Below are positions 31,252 to 42,261 of a stretch of DNA of 64,000 nt, piece after piece. Within the stretch, counting starts at the first letter, position 1; each line of letters starts with the position of its first letter. The DNA lies in assembly GCA_035623825.1 (NCBI GenBank), contig DASPSR010000062.1, positions 64,001 through 128,000 of the forward strand, read 5' to 3'. Under the pieces are notes generated by a model. The model did no database searches. It saw only the letters and a program-made list of their open reading frames with translations, and was not told the DNA's origin. Source of the DNA: Nitrospirota bacterium (GTDB taxonomy: Bacteria > Nitrospirota > UBA9217). Made by a program: the position numbers and the translations under genes.

Positions 31252-32778
31252 ATGACAATACCAGGAAAAGTCTATCTCATCGGCGCTGGGCCGGGCGATC
31301 CGGGCTTGATCACGGTCAAGGGGCTGGACTGCGTAAAAAAGGCGGACGTGATCATCTACGATTATCTCGCCAATGAGAGGATTCTCGATCACCGGCGGCC
31401 CGACGCCGAGCTCATCTACGTTGGCAAGCAGGGGAGCAGGCACACCCTTCCGCAGAATGAAATCAACAGCCTCATCGTTAAAAAGGCGAAAGAAGGGAAG
31501 ACCGTCGCCCGTTTGAAGGGCGGCGATCCTTTCATCTTCGGCAGAGGAGGAGAAGAGGCCGAGGAACTCGTCGATACCGGCATCCCCTTCGAGATCGTGC
31601 CGGGCGTGACCGCGGCAACGGCCGTGCCGACCTACGCGGGCATCCCGCTCACTCACCGCGAACATACTGCGAGCGTGGCCTTCGTGACCGGCCATGAAGA
31701 TCCGACCAAGGCAGAGTCCAAGGTGCACTGGGATCGGATCGCGACCGGCATCGGGACCCTGGTGTTCTTCATGGGAATGAAGAACCTCCAGAACATCGTT
31801 GACAACCTTGTTTCGAACGGCAGAAATCCCGAAACGCCAGTGGCTCTCATCCAGTGGGGTACGCGAACGGACCAGCGGGTAGTGACCGGCACTCTCAGCG
31901 ATATCGTCGTAAGGGTCAAGGAAGCTAAGCTTGGCCCCCCAGCCATAATCGTGGTGGGCGAGGTTGTGCGGCTCAGGCAGAAACTCAACTGGTACGAATC
32001 CAAGCCGCTGTTCGGAAAACGGGTGGTCGTGACCCGCTCACGGGGGCAGGCAAGCGCATTCGCTGAGATGCTCACCGACCGCGGGGCCACGACCGTCGAA
32101 TTCCCGACGATAGACGTTGTTCCGCCCGCGAGCTGGGCCGAGCTGGATAATGCCCTTGATGTGATCGAGTCGTACCAGTGGGTGATCTTCACGAGCGCAA
32201 ACGCCGTCCGGTTCTTTTTTGACCGGCTCAGGAGCCGCGGCAAGGATATCAGGACCCTTAAGGGCGTGAACATATGTGCCGTGGGCCCAAAAACCGCCGA
32301 ATCGATCGAACAGTACGGCCTGAGGGCCGATCTGATACCGTCCGAATTCAAGGCAGAGGGAGTGCTTGCCGCCCTCGGCGGCGCGAACGTGAAGGGGCGG
32401 AAATTCCTGATCCCCCGGGCCAAGGTCGCCCGGGAGATCATTCCGGACAAACTGAGAGATCTCGGCGCAGAGGTCACGGTAGCAACGGCGTACGAAAACG
32501 TCAAACCGACGAGCGATGTGGAGCGAGTGAGAAAGCTTTTTCAGGAGAAGAAAATCGCCGCGGTGACCTTTACCAGCTCTTCAACGGTGCATAATTTTGT
32601 TGAAATACTTGGCCGAAAAGAGTATAAATCACTCTTAGACGGCGTGACCATCGCCTGCATCGGGCCGGTGACCGCCAAGACCGCAGAAGAGTATGGCATA
32701 AAGACGGACATCATGCCAAAAGAATATACCATTCCCGCATTCGTTGATGCGATGGTGGATTTTTTTGGGAAACGATAG
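31252..32778 (+). CDS. cobA: Uroporphyrinogen-III C-methyltransferase / synthase fusion (CobA-HemD)
   Basis: GAGPGDP, RLKGGDP, then HemD domain (FTSANAV, FTSSST). Confidence 0.95.
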   Translation: MTIPGKVYLIGAGPGDPGLITVKGLDCVKKADVIIYDYLANERILDHRRPDAELIYVGKQGSRHTLPQNEINSLIVKKAKEGKTVARLKGGDPFIFGRGGEEAEELVDTGIPFEIVPGVTAATAVPTYAGIPLTHREHTASVAFVTGHEDPTKAESKVHWDRIATGIGTLVFFMGMKNLQNIVDNLVSNGRNPETPVALIQWGTRTDQRVVTGTLSDIVVRVKEAKLGPPAIIVVGEVVRLRQKLNWYESKPLFGKRVVVTRSRGQASAFAEMLTDRGATTVEFPTIDVVPPASWAELDNALDVIESYQWVIFTSANAVRFFFDRLRSRGKDIRTLKGVNICAVGPKTAESIEQYGLRADLIPSEFKAEGVLAALGGANVKGRKFLIPRAKVAREIIPDKLRDLGAEVTVATAYENVKPTSDVERVRKLFQEKKIAAVTFTSSSTVHNFVEILGRKEYKSLLDGVTIACIGPVTAKTAEEYGIKTDIMPKEYTIPAFVDAMVDFFGKR

Positions 32779-32817
32779 CAAGATGACAACAATGAAGTGA
32801 CGGAATAAGGAGAAACC

Positions 32818-33192
32818 ATGATTACCATTTCAGATATAGCAGCTGACAAGATCAAAGAGATCCTCAAGGCGGAAGGGGTGCCGAACCACGGCCTACGCGT
32901 AGCGGCGGCAGGCGGCGGATGTTGCGGCACCTCGTACGAGATCATGATCGATGACAAGGCTGGTGATGACGATACCGTGATCGAAAAGAACGGTGCCAAG
33001 CTCTTCATCGATATGGCGACCGCCAGGAACATCGCCGGTGCCGAGCTCGGATTCATTAGCGATGAGCGGGGAGAGGGGTTTGTCATCGGTTTCCCGAACG
33101 GCGCTCCGGAAGGCGGAAGCTGCGGGTGCGGCGAGCAGGAAACCAGGCCGGGCGGCGGCGGGTGCGGCTCCGGAGGCTGCGGCTGCAGCTAA
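32818..33192 (+). CDS. HesB/IscA-family Fe-S carrier with Cys/Gly-rich tail
   Basis: ITISDIAA..I, GGGCCG, SCGCG. Confidence 0.85.
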   Translation: MITISDIAADKIKEILKAEGVPNHGLRVAAAGGGCCGTSYEIMIDDKAGDDDTVIEKNGAKLFIDMATARNIAGAELGFISDERGEGFVIGFPNGAPEGGSCGCGEQETRPGGGGCGSGGCGCS

Positions 33193-33337
33193 GTTCATAC
33201 AAAGAGAGCAGGGGGTATACGGTGGAACCCATCCGCCGCGCTCCAACCCTCTGCTGGCTTCGTTGTGCATCCTTGTTCAACCGTGGCAATGCTGACATGC
33301 CAGCTTGCAATAGGGTCAACCCTGTTTAGGAGATTCT

Positions 33338-34312
33338 ATGTACCAGCCCTTATACCGGCCGAGGAGGCTGAGGTCCAACGAGAGTTTACGGCGTATGGTG
33401 AGAGAGACGAAGCTCTCTCCCGACGACTTCATCTTCCCGCTCTTTGTTACCCACGGCAAGGGTGTGAAGAAAGAGATCGGGTCCATGCCCGGGAATTTTC
33501 AGCAGTCCATCGACAATATCGTGAAGGACTGTGAAGAGGTGAGGAACCTCGGCATCCCCGCTGTCCTTCTCTTCGGGATTCCCGAGCACAAGGACGAGGT
33601 TGGCAGCGAGGCGTACTCGGATGAAGGCATTGTCCAGCACGCGATCAAGGCAATCAAGAACAAGACCCCGGAACTCATCGTGATCACCGATGTTTGTCTC
33701 TGCGAGTACACGAGCCATGGCCACTGCGGCGTGATCAAGAACGGCGTCGTCCAGAATGACGCCACGCTCGAACTGCTCGCTCGAGAAGGGCTCTCCCATG
33801 CGAAAGCAGGTGCCGACATGGTTGCGCCGTCGGACATGATGGACGGGCGGGTCGGCGCCATTCGCCGAACACTCGACAGCGAAGGCTATCATGACGTGCC
33901 GATCATGTCCTACGCCGCGAAGTACGCTTCGAGTTTCTACGGCCCGTTCCGAGAGGCGGCCGAATCGACGCCGCAGTTCGGTGATCGCCGCTCTTACCAG
34001 ATGGACGCTCCGAACAGCCGTGAGGCTCTGCGCGAAGTGGCGCTGGACATCGATGAAGGCGCGGACATCGTGATGGTCAAGCCTGCCCTTGCCTACCTCG
34101 ACATCATCTATCAGGTCAAGCAGCAGTTCAATCTGCCTGTTGCCGCCTACAACGTAAGCGGCGAGTTCTCGATGATCAAGGCCGCGGCCAAGCTCGGTTG
34201 GCTCGACGGTGAACGTGCCATGATGGAGTCGCTCATCGCGATCAAGCGCGCGGGGGCAGACATGATCCTCACCTACTTCGCCAAAGAAGCCGCGACGCTT
34301 TTGAACGGATAG
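33338..34312 (+). CDS. hemB: Porphobilinogen synthase
   Basis: [25 protein letters not shown]. Confidence 0.97.
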   Translation: MYQPLYRPRRLRSNESLRRMVRETKLSPDDFIFPLFVTHGKGVKKEIGSMPGNFQQSIDNIVKDCEEVRNLGIPAVLLFGIPEHKDEVGSEAYSDEGIVQHAIKAIKNKTPELIVITDVCLCEYTSHGHCGVIKNGVVQNDATLELLAREGLSHAKAGADMVAPSDMMDGRVGAIRRTLDSEGYHDVPIMSYAAKYASSFYGPFREAAESTPQFGDRRSYQMDAPNSREALREVALDIDEGADIVMVKPALAYLDIIYQVKQQFNLPVAAYNVSGEFSMIKAAAKLGWLDGERAMMESLIAIKRAGADMILTYFAKEAATLLNG

Positions 34313-34483
34313 GCAAGCTGCGGCTTCAGGCTTTCCCCTTACCCCGCGATTTATTTCAATTTTCCGTGCATTTTCATACAGTTTGAGAATTATGCTATAC
34401 TATAGTGGGCAGTTTCATTGCGGAACGACCGGAGCGATGCTCTGGTGATTTTATCGACGCGAATAAAAGGAGGAAAGCGGACC

Positions 34484-34807
34484 ATGAGTATGAAGAAGGC
34501 GTATGCGTTGGTTGCAGTGCTCTGTCTGGTGCTGTCCGTCGGCACGGCTCTCGGCGATGTTGGCGGTGGTGATCTGACCTACAATCCCCCGAACGCCAAG
34601 CCGGTATTATTCAGCCACGCTATACATGTGGACAACAAGACGTACAAGTGCAGTGCTTGTCACAACCATACGTTCCAGATGTCCAAGGATTCATACAAGA
34701 TGGACATGAGCAAGATCAACAAAGGTCAATTCTGCGGGATCTGCCACAACGGTGAGCGGTCCTTCGATGTGAAAGACAAGGCGAGCTGCGTAAGATGCCA
34801 TAAGTAG
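34484..34807 (+). CDS. Periplasmic triheme c7-type cytochrome
   Basis: Signal peptide; FSHAIH; CSACH, CGICH, CVRCH. Confidence 0.92.
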   Translation: MSMKKAYALVAVLCLVLSVGTALGDVGGGDLTYNPPNAKPVLFSHAIHVDNKTYKCSACHNHTFQMSKDSYKMDMSKINKGQFCGICHNGERSFDVKDKASCVRCHK

Positions 34808-35110
34808 CAGCCGCAGGCAATTGTTCGGATCAGAAGCCTTTCCCTGACGCATGATCGGTTCATTTCAGGGACAGGTGTCCGTGGCATTTTTTATTGTAGC
34901 GCATGCGTGGCGCGTAAGATGCGGCATCATCAACTATCGCGGATGCCGGCGTTATCATCGCAAGTTCGTTCAGCACCGCGATCAAGGACTTGCACTGAGA
35001 AGGAGGATTGTTCTCGCTTTTTTCGTAAAGCCGCATTTTCAATCAGCACGGCGGGAACGGGGAGATCTGACTTTTAGAAAGAAAAGAAGAGAGAGAAACG
35101 TGCCAAATTG

Positions 35111-35482
35111 TCAGCCGTATATATGTCCCCGTATCCGCCAGTGAAGGAACTGGTGAATTTCGTCAGCGGCGGACTTGGCTAATGTCTTCACATATTCATT
35201 CTTGTCATTGAGCGCTGATTCAAGAAGCGGCCTAACTTTCTCTTCATCCAGCGTGCGGAAACGACGGGCGAGATGGCCCAGGCTCATCACAGCATTCCCC
35301 CTCACCTTAAAATGTTCATGAAGGCAGAGCTTGAGGCACAATTCCTGGGCCAGGGCAAGTTCTTGGGATGCAAGAGCAACCGTGATCGGGACGAGCTGAA
35401 GCTCATCGGGGTCGTTCCTCATGATCGCAGCATCCACATCGTCGTGCGTAAAGTGTGCAAGATCCTGGAATCGAACTGTCAT
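35111..35482 (-). CDS. HEAT-repeat-like small protein
   Basis: VRGNAVMSLGHLARRF; ALNDKNEYVK. Confidence 0.7.
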   Translation of the reverse strand: MTVRFQDLAHFTHDDVDAAIMRNDPDELQLVPITVALASQELALAQELCLKLCLHEHFKVRGNAVMSLGHLARRFRTLDEEKVRPLLESALNDKNEYVKTLAKSAADEIHQFLHWRIRGHIYG

Positions 35483-35707
35483 AAGGCGGCACCCTGCTCT
35501 CCTGATCTCTTCTCCTTGCTTAAATGATATAGGGAACCGAACGACTCGTCAAGTGCTGTCCTCACCACGGCACATGCTTTCCGGGGAAGGGAAGGCAGTA
35601 GAGCCGGACGTGGTGTGGAGAAGATGCAAGTGTCGGCACAGGAAAAAGGTCCGAGGCTCAATTCAGGACCCCGTATTTCATGCACGCGGTCGAAATAAGG
35701 TGGCGCT

Positions 35708-36223
35708 ATGAGCGTTCTGGATACCATTAGAAACAGGCGGAGCATACGGGATTTCAGGGAGCAGGAGATTCCCGATGAAGCGGTTGGCTCTTTGATCGAA
35801 GCGATCCGCTGGGCGCCGAGCGCGGGTAATATGCAAAGCAGAAAATTCTATTTTGTATTTGACAAGAACACCAAGAAAAAACTTGCAAAAGCCGCCCTAA
35901 ACCAGCAGTTCATCTCCGAAGCGCCTCTCGTTGTCGTCGCTTGTCTGGACAGGAGGATAGGATCGCGTTACGGCGATCGGGGGGTAAACCTTTACAGCAT
36001 CCAAGACGTCGCGGCAAGCGTGATGAATATGATGCTCACGGCTCATGAGCTTGGGCTCGGCAGCGTCTGGGTGGGAGCATTTAATGAATTCGAGGTCTTT
36101 GAACACCTCAAGCTCCCTGATAACCTTCGGCCCATAGCCATTATCCCGATTGGTTATCCCTCGAAAACACCAAGGCCGACCCCGAGGGTCTCAACGGATG
36201 AAATCGTTGAATTTGTCAGATAA
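35708..36223 (+). CDS. Nitroreductase family protein
   Basis: RRSIRDF, APSAGN, LGLGSVW. Confidence 0.93.
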   Translation: MSVLDTIRNRRSIRDFREQEIPDEAVGSLIEAIRWAPSAGNMQSRKFYFVFDKNTKKKLAKAALNQQFISEAPLVVVACLDRRIGSRYGDRGVNLYSIQDVAASVMNMMLTAHELGLGSVWVGAFNEFEVFEHLKLPDNLRPIAIIPIGYPSKTPRPTPRVSTDEIVEFVR

Positions 36224-36362
36224 GTCCTGATCCTCTGTAAAGTGCCATTTTGATGCAGGACCGCCTGCCGGCGTTCAACCCGGTCCTGTTAACAGGTCCA
36301 TGGAATGATAAAGGCGGAGGGAAGGGCGCCGGGGGATTGAGGTAGCGGGTGTCCGCATCCCG

Positions 36363-37652
36363 CTAATGGGTCTTGTGAGGTGCTTTGGAAACAAGCTCGA
36401 CTCGCCCGAATGGCTTATTGAAAATTTTTTCGTATGCCCGGTGGAACTCAAAGGTCTTTCGTAATTCTTTGAACAACGGCCACTCCCTGTAAGAGAGGTC
36501 CTGCTCCTCGCTCGGCCCGATTTTTTCCATGAGTTTGATGGCGAGATTGAAATTGTCGGACAGCACGGCGACGGCGAGCTGGAACTCACCACGGCTGCCG
36601 GTCCAATCATCTTTAGTGAGAATTAATGAACAGATATTTTCCTGCTTGTTCATCTTATAAGCCAATGCTCTGTTCAGTACGAAGGTTCTCCTTGTCTCAT
36701 CGCTAAAGTGCTTATCCAGGGTCAGTGTGGCGAAATCGAGGAGGGCTATCGCCAGATCGTATCTGCTTATGGTAATGAGATTACGTGTCGTTGAAATGAG
36801 GCTGTTATCGGCTTTTTCCAGTTCTTCGGGTTTCAGCTTCCTCCAGATACGATGAGCGAGCTTCACCCCAATCTCGTAGATGCAGGCATGCGCCGTATCA
36901 AAGTAGTCATGATCAACCGGCAGAGCATCTCCTTCCTTGACCGCTTTATCAACCGGGATCCCGTGTTCCTTACAGACCGTAAAATAGTGACTTGAGACAA
37001 GGCCGTTCCTGTGAATGATATGATTTCTCCGCTCCGTGACCTCGATGAAATCACGCCAGATCTGCGAAAACTCTTTTCTGAATTGAACGCCGAAAGCGTT
37101 CTCCAGCCACGCGAACTGTTCAGCATAGCTCGTACGAAGCAAACGCCCTATTTCCCGATCGAGCACGTATTCTTTGGCCTCGTCGACGGAACCGAAATCA
37201 ACGAGCTGGGCAAAAGTCAGATTGCTGTCCGCTCCGCTCAGCAGTTCGGGTTTTGCGTAATATAATGCACGTATCAGACGAGCGAGGTATCCATCGAACT
37301 GGGTGACCAACGAGACAACGAAGCTGCCGGGCAGGAGCGACAGCGTCAATTCGGCATGCTCACGCTGTCGTTTGAGGTTTTCGTACTTGTAGGTGTGCTC
37401 CCATTCTATCGAATATGATGCATGGCTCTCCGTTTCCGCGAGCAGCTTCGCATACTTTTCGAAAAATCTGGAAAGAGTCTCTGATATTTTTTCGTGAACT
37501 GTCGTCGTGACCTTCATCGCCAGGTCAAGTGAGGTGGACAGGCTGTCGATCTGATTGATGAAGCTTGCGATCTCTTCACCGATGGAGACCGGGGGGCAGG
37601 GCTGTTTGCCGTTACCGGAAAGCGATTTCGACGGGATTCTTTCTTCAGGCAT
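36363..37652 (-). CDS. HEPN-motif protein with helical C-terminal region
   Basis: ERRNHIIH (R-N-x3-H) encoded at 37011-37031; upstream SLVTQFD helix; ATG 37652 follows GGAG. Confidence 0.7.
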   Translation of the reverse strand: MPEERIPSKSLSGNGKQPCPPVSIGEEIASFINQIDSLSTSLDLAMKVTTTVHEKISETLSRFFEKYAKLLAETESHASYSIEWEHTYKYENLKRQREHAELTLSLLPGSFVVSLVTQFDGYLARLIRALYYAKPELLSGADSNLTFAQLVDFGSVDEAKEYVLDREIGRLLRTSYAEQFAWLENAFGVQFRKEFSQIWRDFIEVTERRNHIIHRNGLVSSHYFTVCKEHGIPVDKAVKEGDALPVDHDYFDTAHACIYEIGVKLAHRIWRKLKPEELEKADNSLISTTRNLITISRYDLAIALLDFATLTLDKHFSDETRRTFVLNRALAYKMNKQENICSLILTKDDWTGSRGEFQLAVAVLSDNFNLAIKLMEKIGPSEEQDLSYREWPLFKELRKTFEFHRAYEKIFNKPFGRVELVSKAPHKTH

Positions 37653-37810
37653 AGGCTTCTCCGCAATGCCGGCTGCCTTACCGCTATAGCAGCATGTCAC
37701 AAGAATTCTGTTCTAACCGGCTATTTTCCCGCAACGAACCTGTATAACTATACAATAAATAAGATAATCTTGCAAGGAAGTTTCAAAAAAAAGGAAAAAC
37801 CGAGGCTTTC

Positions 37811-40800
37811 TTAACCAAGTGACACGGCACCGGCACCGAGGACTGACTCGATCTCGTTGATGAGTTGGTCTGTAAGATTGACGCGTATGTCCCTGCCTAC
37901 GGAGATGAGGGATTCCGGGCGCGTGGGGTTCTGCAGGCGAAGATAGACAGGGATGTCTCCTTTGTAGCGCAGGAGGATGTCCTTGACTTTGAGGAGGTCA
38001 TCCTGGGTCAGACCCATGGCGGTGAACCTGATATCCATCCTGGTCGTACCCCTTTTCTTCACGTCCTGCAGGAGGTGAAGACGCACGGCCTTGATCTTGT
38101 TCCCTTGTTCGCTTTTGTCAAGTTGGCCAGCCACAAGGAGCGGAGTGTCCGTCAGGAGCAGGTTATGTGCTGACTTGTACAGATCGGGGAAAACAATCAC
38201 CTCCACAGTCCCGCTGAGGTCTTCCAGGTTCATGATGGCCATCTTTTCACCCTTTTTGGTGATCTTCTGCTTCAGGCCGGCAATGATGCCGCAGATGGTC
38301 AATTCCTTACCGTCAGGGATCTGTTCCAGCCGCTCGGTCGTGGCTGTGGCGTACCGCGCGATATCTGCCTGGAACGCGGCGAGGGGATGTCCGGAAATAT
38401 AGAACCCCATGCTTTCCTTTTCATAGGCCAGGAGCTGGTTTTCCTTCCACTCCGGCACGTCTGGGAGTTCGGGATCCTTCTGCACGCCAAGGGAATCGAA
38501 GATGCTGAACTGGCCAGTGGCCTCCTGCTCCTGGAGCTTGGATGCCTGTTCCATCACCATGTCGATGGCTTCCGTCATCTGGGCCCGGCGGCCGCCTGTA
38601 AAGTCAAAGGCGCCGCATTTAATGAGCGCCTCTGTCACGCGCCGGTTCACCTTCCGCTGATCGACCTTTCTACAGAAATCTGCCAGGGATGTGAAGGCGC
38701 CCTTTTCCTCCCGCGCATCGATGATGGCTTCGATGGCGGACATGCCCACGTTTTTTACCGCTGCGAGGCCGAAGCGGATGGACCCGATAGTGCTGCCCTG
38801 CTCTACTGCGTCCCTGTCGTGCGCTTCGACCACGGTGAAGTCCCACATGCTCTTGTTCACGTCGGGCGGCAGAATGTCGATGGCCATCTGGCGCACTTCG
38901 TAGATGTACTTCACGACCTTGTCCGTGTCCTGAACTTCGCTCGTGAGAAGAGCCGCCATGTACTCGACGGGGTAGTGGGTCTTGAGATAAGCGGTCTGGT
39001 ACGAGATCAAAGCATACGCCGCGCTGTGCGATTTGTTGAATCCGTATTCAGCGAACTTTTCCATGAGGTCGAATATCTTTTCGGCTTTGACGGCGGGAAG
39101 CTTTTTCTCGACCGCCCCCCGCAAGAACCGCTCTTTCTGCTTGGCCATTTCCTCTGGCAGTTTTTTCCCCATCGCGCGACGCAGAAGATCGGCTTCTCCG
39201 AGCGAATAGCCGGCCAGAGCGCTCGCGATCTGCATGACCTGCTCTTGGTACACGATGACGCCGTACGTGTCCTTAAGGATGGGTTCGAGCTGGTTCAGTT
39301 CGTAGGCGATCTTGGTCGCGCCTTTCTTGCGTTTGATGAAATCGTCTACCATGCCGCTCCCGAGCGGTCCTGGTCTGTAGAGAGCCACAAGTGCGATCAA
39401 GTCCTCGAAGCACTGGGGCTTCATCTTGATGACGATGTCCCGCATGCCCGAGGATTCCAGCTGGAAAATGCCCGCGGTCTCTCCCCGCGAGAGCAGCTCG
39501 TAGCTCCTCGCTTCGTCCATGGGGATGCGGGAGATGTCGAATTGTTCGGTCGCGGCGAGGGGGGCCGTTGCAAGACGCTGATTGATGAGTTCGACGGCCT
39601 TGTGGATCACCGTGAGCGTCCGGAGCCCCAGGAAATCGAACTTGACGAGGCCGATCTTTTCCACGCCTTTCATGTCGAATTGGGTTATGATCTCGTCCTT
39701 CGGCGTCTTGAAGAGCGGAAGGTATTCTATGAGAGGCTCCTGGGAAATGACAACGCCCGCTGCGTGCTTGGAGGCGTGCCGAACCTGGCCTTCGAGATGA
39801 AGGGCGATCTCCATGAGGTCCGTCATTCGGGGGTCTTTTGTAATCTCCTTCAGCCGCGGTTCCTGCTTCATGGCATCGTTGAGCGTTATATTGAGCGTAT
39901 TCGGAACGAGCTTGGCGACCTTATCCACTTCGGAGTAGGGAATGTCGAGCACCCGGCCGACGTCGCGAATCACGCCCTTTGCCATCATGGTGCCGTACGT
40001 GATGATCTGGGTAACATGATCCTGTCCGTACTTCTCCGTAACATACCTGAGAACTTCGTCCCGCCTGTCCATACAGAAGTCCACGTCGATGTCCGGCATG
40101 CTGACGCGTTCGGGATTCAGGAAGCGCTCGAAGAGGAGGTGGTAGGGAAGGGGGTCGATATCAGTGATCCGTAGACAGTATGCCACAAGGCTGCCGGCTG
40201 CAGATCCGCGTCCCGGTCCGACCGGAATGTTGTGCTCCCTGGCGTACCGGATGAAGTCCCAGACTATGAGAAAATAACCGGCGAAACCCATCTTGCCGAT
40301 CATCGCGATCTCGAACTCAAGCCGTTTCTTATACGTCTCGGGGTCGAAGTTCTCCTTGCCGAGCACGGCCTCGATCTCCCTGAAGCGCTCGTCGAGCCCT
40401 TTCCGGGCGAGTTCGGCCATGTATGATTCCCTCGTATACCCCTCGGGCACCGGGAAATGAGGCAGGTGATACTTGCCGAGATCGAGCTCCATATTGCAGC
40501 GCTCGGCTATCGCGATGGTGTTCGTGATAGCCTCAGGGATATGGACGAAGGCCTTTTTCATCTCATCCGGAGACCTCATGTAGAAGGTCTCTGACGAGAA
40601 GGTCATTCTGTTCGAGTCCTTCATGGTCTTGCCTGTCTGGATGCAGAGCAGGGCGTCGTGGGACTTGTGGTCGCCCTTATCCAGGTAGTGGCAGTCGTTC
40701 GTAGCGATAACGGGGATGCCCGTGTCCTTTGATAATCGGATGAGCTCCTCGTTTGCTTTTGTCTGTTCCGGGATGCCGTTTTCCTGCAATTCGAGGAAGA

Positions 40801-41326
40801 AGTTCTCTTTGCCCAGGATGTTCTGATATTGCGCTGCCGCCACCTTGGCGTCCTCATACCTGCCTTGGAGAAGCAGGGAGGGAATCTCGCCGCCGAGACA
40901 TGCTGTTGAGGCGATCAGCCCTTCGCTGTGTTCGGCCAGGAGCTGTTTGTCGATGCGCGGCCGGTAGTAAAATCCCTCGAGGTACCCGGCGGTCACGAGC
41001 TTCACGAGATTCTTGTACCCTGTCTTATTCCTTGCGAGCAGGATTAGGTGGTACGACGCCTCCTCGTTTTTGCCTGCCGGGCTGGACTTGTCGAATCGCG
41101 ACCCGGGGGCAACATACATTTCACAGCCGATGATCGGCTTGATGCCTGCTTTCGTGGCTTTCTGATAGAAATCGAGTGCGCCGAAGAGGTTCCCGTGATC
41201 GGTGATCGCGACTGCCGGCATGCGGTATTCAGCCGCTTTTTTAATGAGGCTGTCGATACTGATGGCGCCGTCGAGCAGGCTGTACTCGGTATGGAGGTGA
41301 AGGTGGACGAAATCGGCGTGATGCAT
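37811..41326 (-). CDS. dnaE: DNA polymerase III alpha subunit
   Basis: HLHLHTEYSLLDG PHP domain, GRGSAAGS, PDIDVDF, FNKSHSAAY. Confidence 0.98.
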   Translation of the reverse strand: MHHADFVHLHLHTEYSLLDGAISIDSLIKKAAEYRMPAVAITDHGNLFGALDFYQKATKAGIKPIIGCEMYVAPGSRFDKSSPAGKNEEASYHLILLARNKTGYKNLVKLVTAGYLEGFYYRPRIDKQLLAEHSEGLIASTACLGGEIPSLLLQGRYEDAKVAAAQYQNILGKENFFLELQENGIPEQTKANEELIRLSKDTGIPVIATNDCHYLDKGDHKSHDALLCIQTGKTMKDSNRMTFSSETFYMRSPDEMKKAFVHIPEAITNTIAIAERCNMELDLGKYHLPHFPVPEGYTRESYMAELARKGLDERFREIEAVLGKENFDPETYKKRLEFEIAMIGKMGFAGYFLIVWDFIRYAREHNIPVGPGRGSAAGSLVAYCLRITDIDPLPYHLLFERFLNPERVSMPDIDVDFCMDRRDEVLRYVTEKYGQDHVTQIITYGTMMAKGVIRDVGRVLDIPYSEVDKVAKLVPNTLNITLNDAMKQEPRLKEITKDPRMTDLMEIALHLEGQVRHASKHAAGVVISQEPLIEYLPLFKTPKDEIITQFDMKGVEKIGLVKFDFLGLRTLTVIHKAVELINQRLATAPLAATEQFDISRIPMDEARSYELLSRGETAGIFQLESSGMRDIVIKMKPQCFEDLIALVALYRPGPLGSGMVDDFIKRKKGATKIAYELNQLEPILKDTYGVIVYQEQVMQIASALAGYSLGEADLLRRAMGKKLPEEMAKQKERFLRGAVEKKLPAVKAEKIFDLMEKFAEYGFNKSHSAAYALISYQTAYLKTHYPVEYMAALLTSEVQDTDKVVKYIYEVRQMAIDILPPDVNKSMWDFTVVEAHDRDAVEQGSTIGSIRFGLAAVKNVGMSAIEAIIDAREEKGAFTSLADFCRKVDQRKVNRRVTEALIKCGAFDFTGGRRAQMTEAIDMVMEQASKLQEQEATGQFSIFDSLGVQKDPELPDVPEWKENQLLAYEKESMGFYISGHPLAAFQADIARYATATTERLEQIPDGKELTICGIIAGLKQKITKKGEKMAIMNLEDLSGTVEVIVFPDLYKSAHNLLLTDTPLLVAGQLDKSEQGNKIKAVRLHLLQDVKKRGTTRMDIRFTAMGLTQDDLLKVKDILLRYKGDIPVYLRLQNPTRPESLISVGRDIRVNLTDQLINEIESVLGAGAVSLG

Positions 41327-41483
41327 AGTGGTAAGGCAAACTCCAGATTCCAATCGCCAAATCCCGCGTCAATCGAAAAAATTTTCGCGTCCAACGTGAT
41401 TGGATTCCTGGCTTTTGGATCCGGCTATTATTTAGGATTAAGGGCTTCGCGTTTCGGATTTCTCTCCCGCATGGCGGGAAAAT

Positions 41484-41559
41484 TGGAGGCGGCGATCGGA
41501 TTTGAACCGATGAATGAAGGTTTTGCAGACCTCTGCCTTAGCCACTTGGCTACGCCGCC
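41484..41559 (-). tRNA. tRNA-Cys (GCA)
   Basis: GGCGGCG...CTGCAAA...TTCAAAT...CGCCGCCTCCA cloverleaf, 76 nt with CCA. Confidence 0.97.
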
Positions 41560-41570
41560 CTGAAAAATAA

Positions 41571-41629
41571 AAAAGTTAAAAGTTAAAAGTTACGATCACG
41601 GCAGCAGCATACTTTTAACTTTTAACTTT
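41571..41629. repeat. Inverted repeat built from AAAGTT hexamers in the tRNA-Cys leader
   Basis: AAAGTTAAAAGTTAAAAGTTA ... ACTTTTAACTTTTAACTTT. Confidence 0.75.
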
Positions 41630-41660
41630 CTCGCGAAGCCGTTTGTTCACGATATGCAGA

Positions 41661-41689
41661 ATATTAATAGAAAAGAGGTGCGGTGTCAA
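41661..41689 (-). promoter_or_regulatory. Sigma70 promoter for tRNA-Cys
   Basis: TTGACA-17-TAATAT on the minus strand. Confidence 0.75.
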
Positions 41690-42027
41690 GTCAATTGACA
41701 TACTCCCCAGCCTGAAGGATGAGGATTCCAAAGAACGATGTAATTACTATAACAAACAAGCAGCATAAGGGCAAATGCAAAATAAATGATTTATATTCCG
41801 CCTCGAAGTGACAGAGTTCGACGGTGCAATTCGATAATGTCCACAATGTGAGCTCAATAGGGCCATGCGAAATCATGATGAATCGTTATGAGTTCATGCA
41901 CCGCTCCGGGGGAATTGTCGTGAAATATTTCTGCCTAAATTGGTGATATGACCGACTCTTTTCCCGTGAACTGACCATCTCGTCTTATAACATATTGATA
42001 ATTAAAATGTTTTTTATTGGCATTTGC

Positions 42028-42043
42028 TGGTACATTACTTGCT
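42028..42043 (+). promoter_or_regulatory. Putative sigma54 promoter
   Basis: TGGTAC-ATTAC-TTGCT with exact GG-N10-GC spacing, AT-rich stretch upstream. Confidence 0.55.
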
Positions 42044-42261
42044 AATATAAAAGTAGTACATTCCTTCTGGCATCAAAATGAAACATGATCAAGCAGGCAT
42101 TTGAGCAAATCGGTCGAAAGAAGGTATGCATCGGCCGGGCTGTACCATAAAAAAATTTAAGACGACGTATATCTGTTCAATGAAGTCTTAGTTATTTGCA
42201 TTAAAGTAGAAACAAGGGACGTATCATCACCGTAAGACTTTAACGCCCGGTAAAAAAAACG

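Noticed and set aside
38387-40174. 595-aa ORF on the + strand, and similar long antisense ORFs over pilB, ubiD, hemC, cobA and the ABC permease
   Set aside because: Shadow frames opposite well-conserved genes, expected from GC-rich codon bias; no motifs
41340-41630. Short-period repeats around tRNA-Cys as a mobile element or array
   Set aside because: Short, degenerate hairpin-type intergenic repeats with no spacers or transposase
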